Part shown: positions 38,930-52,000 of the stretch, in pieces
Numbering within the stretch: the first letter of the stretch is position 1
Layout of the letters: each line of letters starts with the position of its first letter
NCBI GenBank assembly: GCA_013265495.1
Contig: MU057865.1
Location: forward strand, 992,001-1,056,000
Direction of reading: 5' to 3'
Length of the DNA: 64,000 nucleotides
DNA from: Vicugna vicugna
Taxonomy: Eukaryota
Translations under genes and position numbers: made by a program
The notes under the pieces: model-generated
Seen by the model: the letters and a program-made list of their open reading frames with translations, nothing else
What the model was told of the DNA's origin: nothing
Database searches by the model: none

Positions 38930-40460
38930 TGTTTTTATTGAGTCATTCTCACTACTCAGTCTTCCAGGTCACTACGCATTCTGCTGTATCGCCTAATCTT
39001 CTGTTAATTCCTTCCAGTGTATTTTTCATCTCTGTTATTGTATTCTTCATCTCTGATTGGCTCTTTCTCATACCTTTGCATTGTTTTTGAAATTCTCAGT
39101 GTTCTTCTATTCTTTTCCTGTGTTCAGTGACCATTTTATAATTATTGCTTTGAACTCTTTATCAAGTAAATTATTTATCTCCATTTTAATAGAGCTTTCT
39201 TCTGAGGTTTATCTTTTTCTTTCAGTTGAAACATAGTACTCTGTCTTATGTTTTGTTTGATTTTCTCTGTTTGTGTCTATGGAATTAGTTGAAACAGTTA
39301 CCTAGCTCAGTCATCAAGCAGTGTGCTTGTGTGTGAGCATCCCTGTGCAGTTTATATATTTCCAGTGGTTTTTGTGGGAAAGCTGGGTCTGACGTGAGTA
39401 GGGGCTGCCTCTTTTCCCAGGGTTGCTGGCAGGTGTTACCTTGTTGGGAGGTAAGGCTGGCGTTAGAGTGGCTAGAGCCAGAGCCAGAGCCAGAACCAGA
39501 GGCAAGCTGAGGCTTTTCCCAGGCTCAGTCATGGCCACTGTTCTATTGGAGGATGGGGCCAGAAAGCAAGGGTCTAGAGCAGGAGCCTTGAGGGAGTTGG
39601 GCTTCTTCCCAGCATGATGGCAAGCTCCACCTTGTATGGAGCATGTCCAGAGCCTGTGAGATAAAAGCCACACATCCAAGCTGGTTCCACTTTTCCCCTA
39701 GTGTTTGCACCTTGGTTAGAGAGAGAGTTGAGGCCCGAGGGGTTGGAGTCACACTTCTGAGCTGGCTCTGCTTCTTCCCCAGTGTATGCATGTGCAATGG
39801 TGGTGATGGTCTCCATCTTGGCTAGAAGTGGGCTTGGTTGCTGAAGGGTTGGAGATGTACTTTAGAGCTAGCTCTGCTTCTTTCTGATCTGTGTGCGTAT
39901 GCACAATGGCAGTGGACCCTTCACCTTAGCAAGGAGCAGTACTGAAGCAGGAGACTGCTGTGAGCTTGGGGGCATGCTGGGGGATTCCTGGAAAGCCAGC
40001 CAGAGCACCAGGCAGTTTTCAGTCAGCTGCTTCTGTATTTGGACTGGGAGCAAGCAAGTCTGCTCATGTGCTCCTCAAAGAGGGAGACTCAGTTTCTTAT
40101 AGTCTTCCAGTGAACCCCACTGTTTGTCAGATTAGCTACAGGGGCTCCTCTTCCTAGTGTTGGACCCCAGGGCTGGGGTACCTAATATGGAGCTTGAACC
40201 CCTCGCTCCTTAGGGAGAATCCTTGAGTCTGTGATATCTCCCTTCTCTTCTAGCTCACCCACTAAGAGTGTGGGCTCTGACTAGATCACTTCTCTTCCCC
40301 CCATCAGACTCTGTGTGCTTGTTTATAACCTTTGCTGTAGAAAAGCCATTCTGCTAGTCTTCAAGTTCTTCTCAGTGAGAGTTGCTCTATATCTAGTTGC
40401 AGTTTTGATGTGTTTGTCTGGAGATGTAAGCAGTCTTCCTACTCTTTTATCTTGATCCCT
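38930..40460 (-). mobile_element. L1 (or HAL1) 5' UTR plus degenerate ORF1 N-terminal region
   Basis: CTTCTGTTAATTCCTTCCAGTGTATTTTTCATCTCTGTTATTGTATTCTTCATCTCTG resembles antisense ORF1 coiled-coil. The GC-richer 5' UTR ends ...ATCTTGATCCCTCC. A (GCCAGA)~5 run lies at 39471-39500. Confidence 0.75.
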
Positions 40461-40461
40461 C

Positions 40462-40519
40462 CTCTTCCTCTTTCTTTCTTTCGTTCTTTTTTCTTTCTTC
40501 CTTCCTTCCTTCCTTCTTT

Positions 40520-40570
<51 letters not shown>

Positions 40571-40598
40571 CTTTCTCTCTTTCTTGCTTGCTTGCTTG
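40462..40598. repeat. Pyrimidine-rich compound microsatellite (CCTT)n(TTTC)n(CTTG)n
   Basis: Read directly; it explains the K/E/R-rich ORF 40323-40679. Confidence 0.95.
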
Positions 40599-40929
40599 AT
40601 ATGGGTCAGCTTCTGTGCTAAATATCAAGAATGTACTGAATAGATCAAGCAGTTGCCTGTGTCCTTTTGTAGCTGACAATTAATTAGGAAATTCTATGTT
40701 TCTTAGGCCTAGTGATTTCTGTCAAGTTACAGTATACAAGGATCTACCATTTCTGCTTACGGCTATTTAAGTTATGTTTAAGTTATATACACACATGAAA
40801 CCATGACCACCTCACTCTAAAATTTTGTGGAAATCATACTATCTTGTATCACTTTTTGTTTTAAAGTTTTAAGAACGATTTTGTAGTTTTGTTTCATCAA
40901 CCCAGCAGCACTCTGAGGAGACAGGATGT

Positions 40930-41548
40930 TGTGATGGATTTGTGTTATCATCTTAGCTAAGATGAGTGTACTGTTCCTTGATTTTCCTTCCCCACTCATT
41001 TCTGGGTTAATGTGAGATCCCAGAGAGACTCTGAATTAGAGTTAAAAGGTAGTAGTGAAGCACTGACCCTATTCTTTTAACAATCACAGGGTTTGTATTG
41101 GTTCAGACGGCGAACGTTGCTTCTCTGCTGGCTCACCCTGTGGCACGAGGCATCAGCCAGGCCTGCAGCTCCCTTAACTAGTGTCAGATCTTCCGTCAAC
41201 ACTTCTAACTCCTAGGTATGGTGCACATTTTTCTCTATGAAGAAGGGTGCCAGCTTCTTCTACCCACAGCCTGAAGCATCAGTGCTGGAGGCTAGGAGGT
41301 GGCGGTGAGGCATCAGCACGAGTTCCTTTCTTATGTCCTGTAGCCCCAGGTTGTCCTTGTCCTCCCCTACTTTACATCTTTCATTCCCAACTGCTGACAT
41401 CAAGCCCCAGAACCACAGGCACATATAACAGCCTGACATCGACTGTGTAACCAGTTCCCAGATTGTATAAGGTTAAATTCCTATAATAAATCCCTTATTC
41501 TGTATCACCTTTAGTAGCTCATGTTCTCTGACTGAAACTTAATTGACA
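40930..41548 (+). mobile_element. MLT2F-like ERVL solo LTR
   Basis: Starts TGTGATGGATTTGTGTTATCATCTTAGCTAAG. Ends TTCCTATAATAAATCCCTTATT...TTCTCTGACTGAAACTTAATTGACA. Confidence 0.75.
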
Positions 41549-42696
41549 GGGATCGCTACCACTGGACCGCATTTGTAGATGAGGGGATAAAATCTCATAA
41601 AAAAATTACATAGTTAGTAAGTGATGGACAGTGAACCAACAAGGTTGATGTAAGTCCATGCGCCTATAACAGCTGAACGAATCAAGAAATTATGGTAGAA
41701 TGGAATGGGTTGGGAAGTTTCCTGAGGCACTGGAGTCATCCCCCGTATTATCAAAAGAAGAATGAGAAGTCACATATAAACAAGAATTGTATCTTTTTTT
41801 TTTATACTTTAGGGCTTCCATATTTAATATCTCCAGCGCATTCTCTTTTCTTCTGTTATAGCCCTGCTACCACGCTTGCTTTCTTGGCCCCATTCTTCAA
41901 GTTACTTGTAGAAGCTTTGAGTTTGAATTCTTACTCTGAACAGCAATTCTTCCTTCCAATGCCTCCTCAGACACAATTTCATCCTTTATTCTTCTATTTA
42001 CTTATTGCTGAGATCTATTGTTATATAAGGGATATATAAATATAAATATAGAATATATATTCTTGTTTTGACTTTAGATCATTATTTTGGACATGGCATT
42101 CAAGGGTAGGAAGTTTCATTAAATAAGAAGAATTAAGAGATGAATTCTGCAATTCCTGCATTGAAATGTTGATAGACAAGAGTTTCCAATGGAATATCTC
42201 ATCTTCATTTCAAGTAGTTCACATTCAGACAAGAAATTTTTTTGGAAAATGAGGAAGAAAAGTAAATATATTTCTTTGAAGGCAGTGCTTTAACTTTTCA
42301 ACATATTTCCAATTTAATTTCATTTCAAATTATTGGTCTTGGACAATAAATGGTTCTAAATACTTTTTTTTCACACTTTGATATCAAGTTTAGGATTACT
42401 GGTTCAATTTCTCACTTTATTTTAGTTGTTAAAAATATTATAAATATTAAAAAGCACTGAACTATAGCCAATGTCCACAACAGGAGAAAAATTTTAACAA
42501 ATGTATTAATCTGAATTTGGTAACATAATTTTGTAATGAATAATGTCTTACCTTGTATATGATACATAAGTATATGGTATACAAATATAAAATAAAGACA
42601 CAAATGACTTCTAAATAGGCAAATGTGCCTTTCTGAAAACAAATTTTGCAACAAGCAAATTATTAGCTTGGGAAAGACAAAGAGATCCAAGATCTA

Positions 42697-43150
42697 CATT
42701 CATTCATTTGGCAAACATTTTTGAAACCATGTTCTGTGTCAAGAATTGTTCTAGGTCATGGAGTTACAATGATAGGTCACACAGACTTCTCATTCCTCTC
42801 CCCTGAAGTAGGAAAGGGCAAACTAAATGTGCTGTTCAGTGTGTGTGCACACACTATGGTTGACAGAGATAGCCTCAGATAAAGTAAAGAACTCAAGGAG
42901 AGGCCAATTCACACTTCTCAAATGGACCAGAAAAGGTGAATAGAGAGAAATTTGTGCTGGGCATCGAAGCATAGAGGTTACCTGTGCTTTCAATCAAATG
43001 GGATTGCAACATGAGAAAAGTGAATCTATCAAGAAAGAGAAAAATAGAGGACTGTACGCCTTTTCATGTGCCTAGAACACAGAAGTGCATAAGGCAGAAA
43101 GGTAGAATGTGAGTTTAGAGAAAGCAGTCAGGGTCAAAACATGGTTGATC
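42697..43150 (-). mobile_element. L2 3' end
   Basis: CATTCATTCATTTGGCAAACATTTTTGAAACCATGTTCTGTGTCAAG is the antisense L2 terminus. Confidence 0.7.
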
Positions 43151-45469
43151 TCTTCAAATACTTATCTTACAGTAAAGTATTAGAAAAGTAAATGGTAGAG
43201 AACATCTTATTATCAATGAATTCATATTTTCTCCTTAACTTTTTATCTTCCACTAAATAAACCAGAATATAGGTTTGAACATATATCAGTGCATCAGTGT
43301 ATTCCCATGAAATACATTTGCTTTCTTGAAGAGAAAACCATATTTTTAAAATTATTAACATACATATATATTTTAACTCAAACCATCAGATTAATTTTAT
43401 CTTTTCATCTTGAACCTAAAATACTAAATTTGGTAACAAGCATAGATTTCCAATATTTAAGCAATGGTTACATTTTTATAAGCTGATTCCATAATCTCAA
43501 TTTCTCAGACTCTAATGCCTTATGTACTATGGCAGAATATACGTTTTCATAGTGGGGAACGGTTCCTGAACTTCAAACCTGGGAAGATGTTCTTGGTGAA
43601 TATTAGCTCACATTACTGGTTCTCTCACCTCCCATCCTCTGATGTCAGGACGCCATAAACCAGTGCTGACTGAGATCCAAGTTACATGAAGTAGATCAGA
43701 GAGGAGCTGGTATATTCACCAAAAGAGGAGACATGAAGCCTGTATCCCCAAGAACTCTGCCATTCTGGTGGTAGGGGTTATAAGGAAGTATACTGAATAG
43801 TAAGGTTCTCTGATACATATTGCGAATTGCAGGGGAAAAAAAAAAGAGCTTTAAAATCCCCTGTCAGTGGCAACTGAGACAATGCTCAATAAATCGTTTG
43901 GGATTCATTTTTCACCAGTGAGGATTTAGGCAATAGACATCGCACGTATCTTTTCAAATGTGAGTATTCACGTACACCTTCTCCCTCCCCAACATACAAG
44001 CTCATCACAAAGAACCACATATAAATCATGTGAATTTCATGAAATAACAGTAAATGGTAGAAATAACATTAAATGGCATCCAAAACTTAGCCAATAAAAA
44101 TTCTGATTAGAAACAGGAGTTTCTTTAAAGAAATCAAATGTGTCCCTCAGTCTCCTAGATTTGCCACACTGTAAGCTTCTGAGAGAGAGAGAGAGATTTT
44201 TTTTTTCTCTCCTTCCTGCTGTTTGACCTTGTAGCGTTGCAGAAGTTAAACGGAGCACAGGTTGGGAACATCCTTTGTTCTCACTCCAGCTGCTCTGAAC
44301 TCATAGCGCACATTGCCAGTGAAATGGAAAAGAAATTAGCAGCTCATTTTGTGCAACGTGAACTTCCTTTCTCTGTCTCACTCTGGCTTGATAGGCACAC
44401 TCTCTTTGATAAATCAGTCCTTACTTCTTATTTCCATGCAAGAACTGGAAGTAAGACATGTCAGTAGGACTCACCTGCTTCCATTAGAACTAATCAAGTT
44501 TTTCATCTGCCAAGGTAGTTAACTTTTATTCAGACGCCCCCTGTTTTTTTGGAGGGTGGGGGATCAGGTTGAGAGTGCAATTATCAAGATAATGGAGGAC
44601 ACAGTCACTCAAATGCCCCAAACTACTAGGTATTGAAATAGTTATATGCTCTGGAAGTTAGCAAGGGACTGCGGTAAAGGGCTGTGATCTGCATGCTCCT
44701 GTGAGGAGGCCATACCTCACTGCACACCTCTGGCCTCCTAGAACACAGTGTTCAATTAGCAGTTAAGGATGACTTCAAACTGATTTAAGAATTAGTCATT
44801 TTCTGAGACATTTATAGGGAAACTTATTTTGGTCTTGCTTTCAGCAGCCAGTCAAGGAAAGAAAAAAGAAATAAAAAGAAAGAAAAGAAAAAAAAGAAAG
44901 GAAAGAAAAAGTCAGCAGTAGCTGGCTGAGTGTGCCGATGTGTCATCAGAGCATCTAGAGATGAGGGCAGGCTGAGTGGCCAGCAGTTCTAGGATAATAA
45001 AGGCAGTTTTAAGGTCACAGGAATCACTGTCAAAATGCAGGGCATTGGCAATAACAAATATGCAGGGAAATTTGGGCTCAAAAAGACTGAAGGTCAGCAT
45101 ATCTAGGAAATTTTTAAGGGAATATGTGTCTTTAAAATTTGCAAGAATAATGTCTTGGAAAGGTGACCTCCGGAAATCTTGTATAGGGTCACTATTTTTA
45201 ATCACTCTCCTGGGTCTTCAAGTGCACAGCCTGTAAGTTATTTAAAAAAAAAAAAAGATAAGTTTTCTACAGCTATGTCAGAATCTGTCCTGGTCTCATT
45301 GACAGGAATGAGTGTTTGGGAGAGAAATAAATGGTCCACTGGTTTGGAAGCTCCAGAACCTGAGAGATTAGGGTAGAATAAGTTTTACTTCTTTACTGGG
45401 CATCAGTTTGGATAGACCGGGACAGGAGCTTGCTCACCATCAGCAACATCATAGCCATCTTTTGTATCA

Positions 45470-45870
45470 ATTAGAAATTGTACGTGGGTAAATGACAGAG
45501 ACCTGAACAGAAAATCTAAAGTTAGGTCTTGACGCTACGCCACCAAGGATCCAAGCTCTTTATACGTTTATGCTCCACACCCCTTGGTGTCCGTATTTTC
45601 CCATTTGCAGACTCACAAGATAATAATCACATTTATATTCCAGGCAGGAAGCAGGAAAAAGAAGACAATGATGTCTGTGTCCCTGTTTAAGAAGCCTAAG
45701 TTAGAAGTCAACCCCACAACTTCTGATTATAGCCTATTGGCCAGTATTTTGTCACATGGCCATGCTTGGCTATTAAGGGAGGCTAAAAAGTGTAGTCTTT
45801 ATCAGAGCTCATAGCTAACTTGATAAAATTAGAGTTTTGGAAGTTTGGATATTAGCAAATCAGGCCACAA
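45470..45870 (-). mobile_element. Old MLT1 (J/K-like) LTR
   Basis: ATCACATTTATATTCCAGGCAGGAAG...ACTTCTGATTATAGCCTATTGGCCAG...GTCACATGGCCA...AAGGGAGGCT. Confidence 0.7.
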
Positions 45871-46224
45871 TTTCTGATACATCATTAGTTATTAAAAAAA
45901 AAAAGATTGAACCTTAAACCAAACAATAAAGAAGAACCTATAATCTTACAGAGTGTTAGGGAGATGTGCACCACTGTAAGCATATACATATAGAAGAGCA
46001 CCTATACATAAATAAAGACATAAAATATGAGCATCAAGGCTGGTATTGACAAATAGTAAATATCCCAGTGCCTAGAATAGCTCCTGGCATGGAGTAAGGG
46101 ATAAACAAATATTTATTAAATAGATACATCACCATGTTTATTTATTAGCTCTCCATAGAATGTCTACTTAATGCCAGAAGCAATGCTAAGGTCTTTAGGA
46201 AATTAAGGCTCAAAGATTATTATG

Positions 46225-47850
46225 ATACAGTGGGATAATCATAATGGTGAAAATATTCATTTATACTTGTATATAAGAAGATATAGCAGTCATAAATTGA
46301 CATAATTAAAAATAGAGCCCAAAATATATAAAGGAAAAACTGGCAGAATTAAAAACAAAAACATACCATTAAGTAATACTAATTGGACAATTCAATATAT
46401 TGTTTTTAATAATTGATAAAACAAAAATAAAGAAAATTAGCAAAGGCATAGACTACTTGGACAATATTATCAACTAACTAGTCCCAACTGACATCTATAA
46501 AACACTCCACCAACAAGAGCAAAATACACACTCTTTTTAAGTGCATGTGGCATATTTCCCATATCTTACCCAAATAATAAGTTTCAACTGCAAATGTGCA
46601 ATCATGTAAAGGAATTTCTACTACCACAATATAAACAAATTAGAAAATGATAGCAGAAAGAAATTAAGAAGCTCCCAAACGTTTTGAACAGTAAACAAAA
46701 TACCTCTATGGAACCAATGGGTAAAATAAAAGTCACAAAGGAAATTAGAAAACATTTGGAAGTGAGTGTATACGAAGTCAATTTAAATTATATTGTATGG
46801 GATGCAGACAAATCAATTCTAAAATGAAAATTTGAAACTTTGAAAGTCTATAGTAGAAAAAAATAGCAAATCAATTCATATTTTTTCATCTTATTAAATC
46901 AGAAAAGGAAGAACAAAGTAAACCCAGTGAAATAGGGACAGGAGTGATAAAGATCAGAGGAGAGATGAATGAAACAGAAAACAGAAAAAAAATAGAGAAA
47001 AATTGTGAAATATAAGTTGGTTCTTTATAAAAATAAACAGACAAAAATTTTGTTAGAATGAACAAGAAAAAAGAAGAAAGGCACAAATTACAAAAGCTGG
47101 TAATGAAAAAGGGAATAGCATTAAGGATCCCACAGTAATAAAAATAATTTTAACTTTATGTCAACAAATTTGACAGTTTGGATAAAAAGACAATAGTTTA
47201 TCAATGCATAATAAAATTAACTCAAGAAGAAATTAAAAAATTGGAATATACCTATAACCAAAATAGATTTGGTTAGAAATTAAAATTTTCCCCACAGAGA
47301 AAAGCTCAGATCCAAATTTGTAATAAATTCTATCAAGTTTTGAAGAAGAGATAATATTATCCTTTAACAAATTTTTCCAGAAAATAGAGAAGAATGGAAG
47401 ATTTCCCTACACAGTCAATATTACCCCCAACAAAAGCCATATAAAGACTTTAAAAGGAAACAAAAGATAAATACTCCTAAGGAATTTACACACAAAACAC
47501 TTCAACAAAACATTACCAAACAAATAAAATAGACAAGAATACCACTGACCAGCTGTGATTTATACCAGGAATGGAAGACTGAGTTAATATCTGAAAAATC
47601 AATGTTATACATCATTTTAATACATGCAGCTCAGAAAGTATTTTATCACAAGAGATGCAGAAAACGCACTTGAGAAAAATCCAACATTCATTCATAATTA
47701 AAGCTTGTAAAAAAAAACCTAGAAATAAAAGGAACATCTTCAACTGTAAAAAAGAAAAAAAGAATGATTTACTATAAGATTAGGAAAAATGCAGGAACGT
47801 CCACTCTTGCTGCATCTGCTTAACACTTTATGGCTGTTCTTGCCAGTTCT
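46225..47850 (+). mobile_element. Old L1M ORF2 fragment (endonuclease to start of RT), degenerate
   Basis: A-rich. ACTGACATCTATAAAACACTCCAC (DIYRTLH-like), GGGATGCAG (WDA), TCAAGAAGAAAT, GATTTATACCAGGAATG (GFIPG) and GATGCAGAAAACGCACTTGA (DAEKAFD-like). Many stops. Confidence 0.85.
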
Positions 47851-47864
47851 AGAAAATACACAAA

Positions 47865-50800
47865 TAATTATAGATTCACAGGAAGTTGCAGAAATAGCAC
47901 AGAGAAGGATCTGTTACCCAATGGTAACATCTTACATGTCTATAGCACAATATCAAAACCGGGCAATTGACACTCATATGACCCACAGAATTTACTCAGA
48001 TTTCACCATTTGTTCTTGCATTTGTGTGTGTGTTTCTATGGAATTCCATCAGATGTAGATTTGTTTAACCATGACCACCGTTACAACACAAAACTGTTTC
48101 CATACCATAAAGATCTCCCTTGTGCTATTCTTTTATAGCCAACAGTCTCACCGCCCTGTCCCAACATCCTCAACCTCTTGTGACCACGGGTCTATTCTCC
48201 ATTTCTATAATTTTATCATCTGGATAATTTGTATGAATGGAATCATGCAGTATGTAACTTTTTGAGATTGGCCTTTTTGTTCTTTGTTATTTTACTCAAC
48301 ATAATTCCCTTACAAAACGTTCATTTCTGGGTTTGTATATTAGCAGTCTGTTCTTTTTTTATTGCTGAGTCTTATTCCATGATACGGATGTAACAATTTG
48401 TTTTAATCATTCCCCCATTGAATGAATTTGGGTCATTTCCAGTGTTTGGCTTTTACAGATGAAGCAGCTATGAACATTCATGTATAGGTTTTTATGTGGA
48501 TATAAGCTTTCATTTCTCGGTGATAAATGTCCAGGTGTGCAATTGCTGGGTCATATAGTGAACATATGTTTGGAGTGAATATGCCAAACTATTTACAGTC
48601 TAAATATGAGTAATCTGCCTGTCATGAAGTTTACAAATATTTCTCCCAATCTGCAGCTTGACATTTTATCCTCTTAACCAGAGCTTTTGCAACATTTTTA
48701 ATTCTGATAAAGTCCATTTTATTATATTTTAGGGCTCATAATTGTGATGTAATGTCTCAGAACCCTTTACCTAGCCCTAGGTCCCAAGGCTTTTATTCTA
48801 TGTATTTTTTTCCTGAAAGTTCATAGTTTCACATTTACATGTAAATCTATTATCGATTCTGGGTGAAATTTGATATAAGGTGTGAGATTTTTGGTTAAGG
48901 TTTAACTTTATTTTATTTTTAATTTATTTTTGCTTATGGATTTCTGATTCTTCCAAGCTCCATTTATTGAAAAAGAGTATCTTTCCTCTACTGAATCACT
49001 TTTGCATCTTTGTCAAAACTAAGTTGATGTTTTTACATGGATCTATTTTTCTGGATTTTATCTTCTATTTCATAAATCTTTTGTCATCTCTCCACTAACG
49101 TCATTCTGTCTTGAACACTGTAGCTATACTGTAAGTCTCAAAAATCTGGTAGAGACATTCTTTCACTTTATTATTTTTTAAAAAATTATTTTCACTATTC
49201 TAGTTCCTTTTCCTTACATACAAATACTAGAATAATCTTATCTACATGAAAAATCTTGCTGGGATTTTAATAGAAATTACAATAAACTTAGAGATTAATT
49301 TGTGGGGAATTGTCATATTTACTGTTTAGTTTACTAATCACAGTATACCTCCATTTCTTTTTTACTTCTTTTGTCAGTGTTTTTTTTTTTTAGTTTTAAG
49401 CATAAGTTCTCATCATATTTTGTTAATCTATATCTAACTGTTTAATCTTGAGTAATTGAGTTGAATTTTGTTTTATTTTGGTTTCCACATATTCATTGCT
49501 AGTTTATAGAAATACAGTTGATTTTTCTGTTAACCTATTATCCTATGAGCTTGAAAAACTCATTAATTAATTCTAGAGTTGCTATTGATTTTTGAAAATA
49601 TTTTGTGATATTCTGTACAAATTGTTATCATGTTAACTGTAAACAGTGATAGCTTTATTGCTTTCTTTACACTCTATATATTTTTTTTTCTTTACAGCCT
49701 TTACAATCTATGTTTTCATTTGGATTTTCCTGTCATAATTCACTGGCTAAAGCTTCTAATATATATCTATCAGAGTAAGGGATATATATATTGATATATA
49801 CATATTGATATATTGATTGATTGATATAGATATATAGATATATACAGTATATATATAATTGTAATTTAGCTTACTAATGAGGTGGATTGCTTTGGTTTTC
49901 TTTTGAGTATTGAACCAGCCTTGCATCCCTGAAAAAACTCCACTTGATTGTGATATATCACTGTATTAAATTTAATATTTTCTTGGAGATTTTTGTATCT
50001 ATGTTCATGAGCTATAATTGCCTTATTTTTAAATTTTTTTCTCATTTTGGCATCAGAGTGATAAACTTCTGTTTGACAGTCAAAAAATATAGTTTGACAG
50101 GTCTCCCTTCTGTTCTCTTTTCTGGAAGTGATTGTGTACAATTACTGCTAATCCTCCTTTGCAAGTTTGGTAGAATTCTCCAGTGAAACAAATTAAGCCT
50201 CGAGATTCCCCTCTTCAGAGCTGTTTAATTATAATTTCTACTTCTTTAATGGTTATAGAAATTACTCACATTATCTATTTTATATTAGATACGTTTTGGT
50301 AGTTGGTGATTTTCATGGAATTGGTCTATTTCATTTAAGTTGTCAAATTTATGTGTATATCTTTGTTCATACTATTCATTTATTAACTCTTTTTTATGAC
50401 TTTCTGGGTCCATACAGATGACCTGTACTTAATTCCCGATACTGGTAATTTGTGTTGGTTCTCTTGTGTTAGTCTTGCTAGAAATTTGTCAACTTTATTG
50501 ATCCTTTGAAAGAGTGAGCTTTTTATTTTATTTATTTTAGCCCCTGTTTTTCTGTTTTCAGTGTCATTGATTTGTGTTCTTTATTATTTATTTTCTTCTG
50601 CCTGTTGTGGGTTTATTTTGCTCTTCTTTTTAAAAAATTTATTAATGTGGGAGCTTATATTATTGATTTGAGACCTCTCCTCTTTTATAAATTAAACAGT
50701 GCATTATAAATGTTCATTTTCACAGAGTCTTAGCTGCATTCTACATGTTTTAGTTTTGCATATTATATTTTCCTTTTCATTCTGTTCAATGTATTTTTTT

Positions 50801-50995
50801 TAATTGCACTTAAGAGTTCCTCTCTGGCACACAAATTTTTAAGAAGCATGTTATTTACTTTCCAAAGTATTGGGGGATTTTCTTATTTTTTTATTACTGA
50901 TTTCTAGTTTGAAATTGTGGTAAGAGAACACACTCTGTATGATTTCAATTATTTTAAGTATGCTGAGATTTGTTTTATGGCCCAAGATATGGAGA
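47865..50995 (-). mobile_element. L1MC-like 3' end plus ORF2, ~3.1 kb, degenerate
   Basis: ATAATTATAGATTCACAGGAAGTTGCA...CCCAATGGTAACATCTTAC...CAATATCAAAACC resembles the L1MC 3' end. ORF 49866-50141 contains an RT-like remnant (NQVEFFQG). Confidence 0.88.
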
Positions 50996-51794
50996 GGAAT
51001 GTTTAGCCAGCAAAATAAACCATAGTCATCAATTTAAGTGTGGAAATAAATAAACAATATAAAGAATAAAGTAAGGAATGTAAGAAAAGCAAAAGAATAA
51101 TTTGTCTTGAACAGAATTATAAATCATAATTGTGAGCTTTCTGATTGTTCATTCTGGCTATAAATATCATAACTATTTTGGGCAATTTTTCTGTATCACG
51201 GGTATGAATGCAGAAAAAAAGGCTTAACTGCTAGAATTTTTTAGTGGCTGTGTCAGTTTTTTGTTTTCTTGTTTTTTTGTTGGGTTTTTTTTTTTTTTTT
51301 GGTCACCATCTATTTCCTTTTTGTAATAGCATTCTAGTTTTTCTGTTGGGATGGTATCTGTTCTCCAGTGTATGCAATTTAATTAAATTTATTTTTCTTT
51401 ATATAGAGTTTAATAAAAGAACTAAGTTTTAGTTATCTTGCTAGATAATTTGAATTCTGAGAAAATCCATGGGAAGATTGGGAAATGTCTTGAGGCAGTT
51501 CATGTCTGAAGGATGTTTAGTTGATGATTTTTTACCAATCTAATCCAGTTGTTAAACGACTGTCTTAATTGTCTTTTTTGTTGTTGTTGTCCCAGTTCTT
51601 GCTTAGTGTCCTCTCAGAATTTTCTAGTTCTTAAGTATTTCAAAGAATAGATATTATCTTCTCAAGGATTTGATGGAACTAGACTCCTATACCAATAACC
51701 TGTCACCAAAGCCCACCTTTAGGAAGAAACGGTTTATAGTTATCACAACCAAAACCTGATTTTGATGATAAAAGAAGTTTTCTTATTTACACTG

Positions 51795-52000
51795 CGGAGT
51801 TACTAGAGAAAGAGTGTATTCTAGTGTTCGCTGTCACATACTACCTGTGGAAACTTGGGAAATTTACTTAGCCTTCTCATTTTTCAATTGGGGCTATTAA
51901 TGTTACCTACTTCAATGATCTCTATTGTGAGGATAAAATAAATTAATACTTCCAAGATAAAGAGCTTGGAACTTTGCCTCACTCCTATGAAACATTCAGA
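51795..52000 (+). mobile_element. MIR SINE
   Basis: ACTACCTGTGGAAACTTGGGAAATTTACTTAGCCT...TTACCTACTTCA...TTGTGAGGATAAAATAA. Confidence 0.65.

Noticed and set aside
39314..39816. Overlapping ORFs with signal-peptide-like LALALALA and RARARA stretches
   Set aside because: Produced by the (GCCAGA)n hexamer inside an L1 5' region.
40323..40679. Lys/Glu/Arg-rich 118-aa ORF
   Set aside because: It is the translation of the (GAAA)n microsatellite plus L1 5' UTR.
49758..49865. AT-rich GATATA/TATAGA block
   Set aside because: Low-complexity expansion inside an L1; no further structure.
46225..50995. Active L1 or reverse transcriptase gene
   Set aside because: Numerous stops and frameshifts; only short motif remnants survive.
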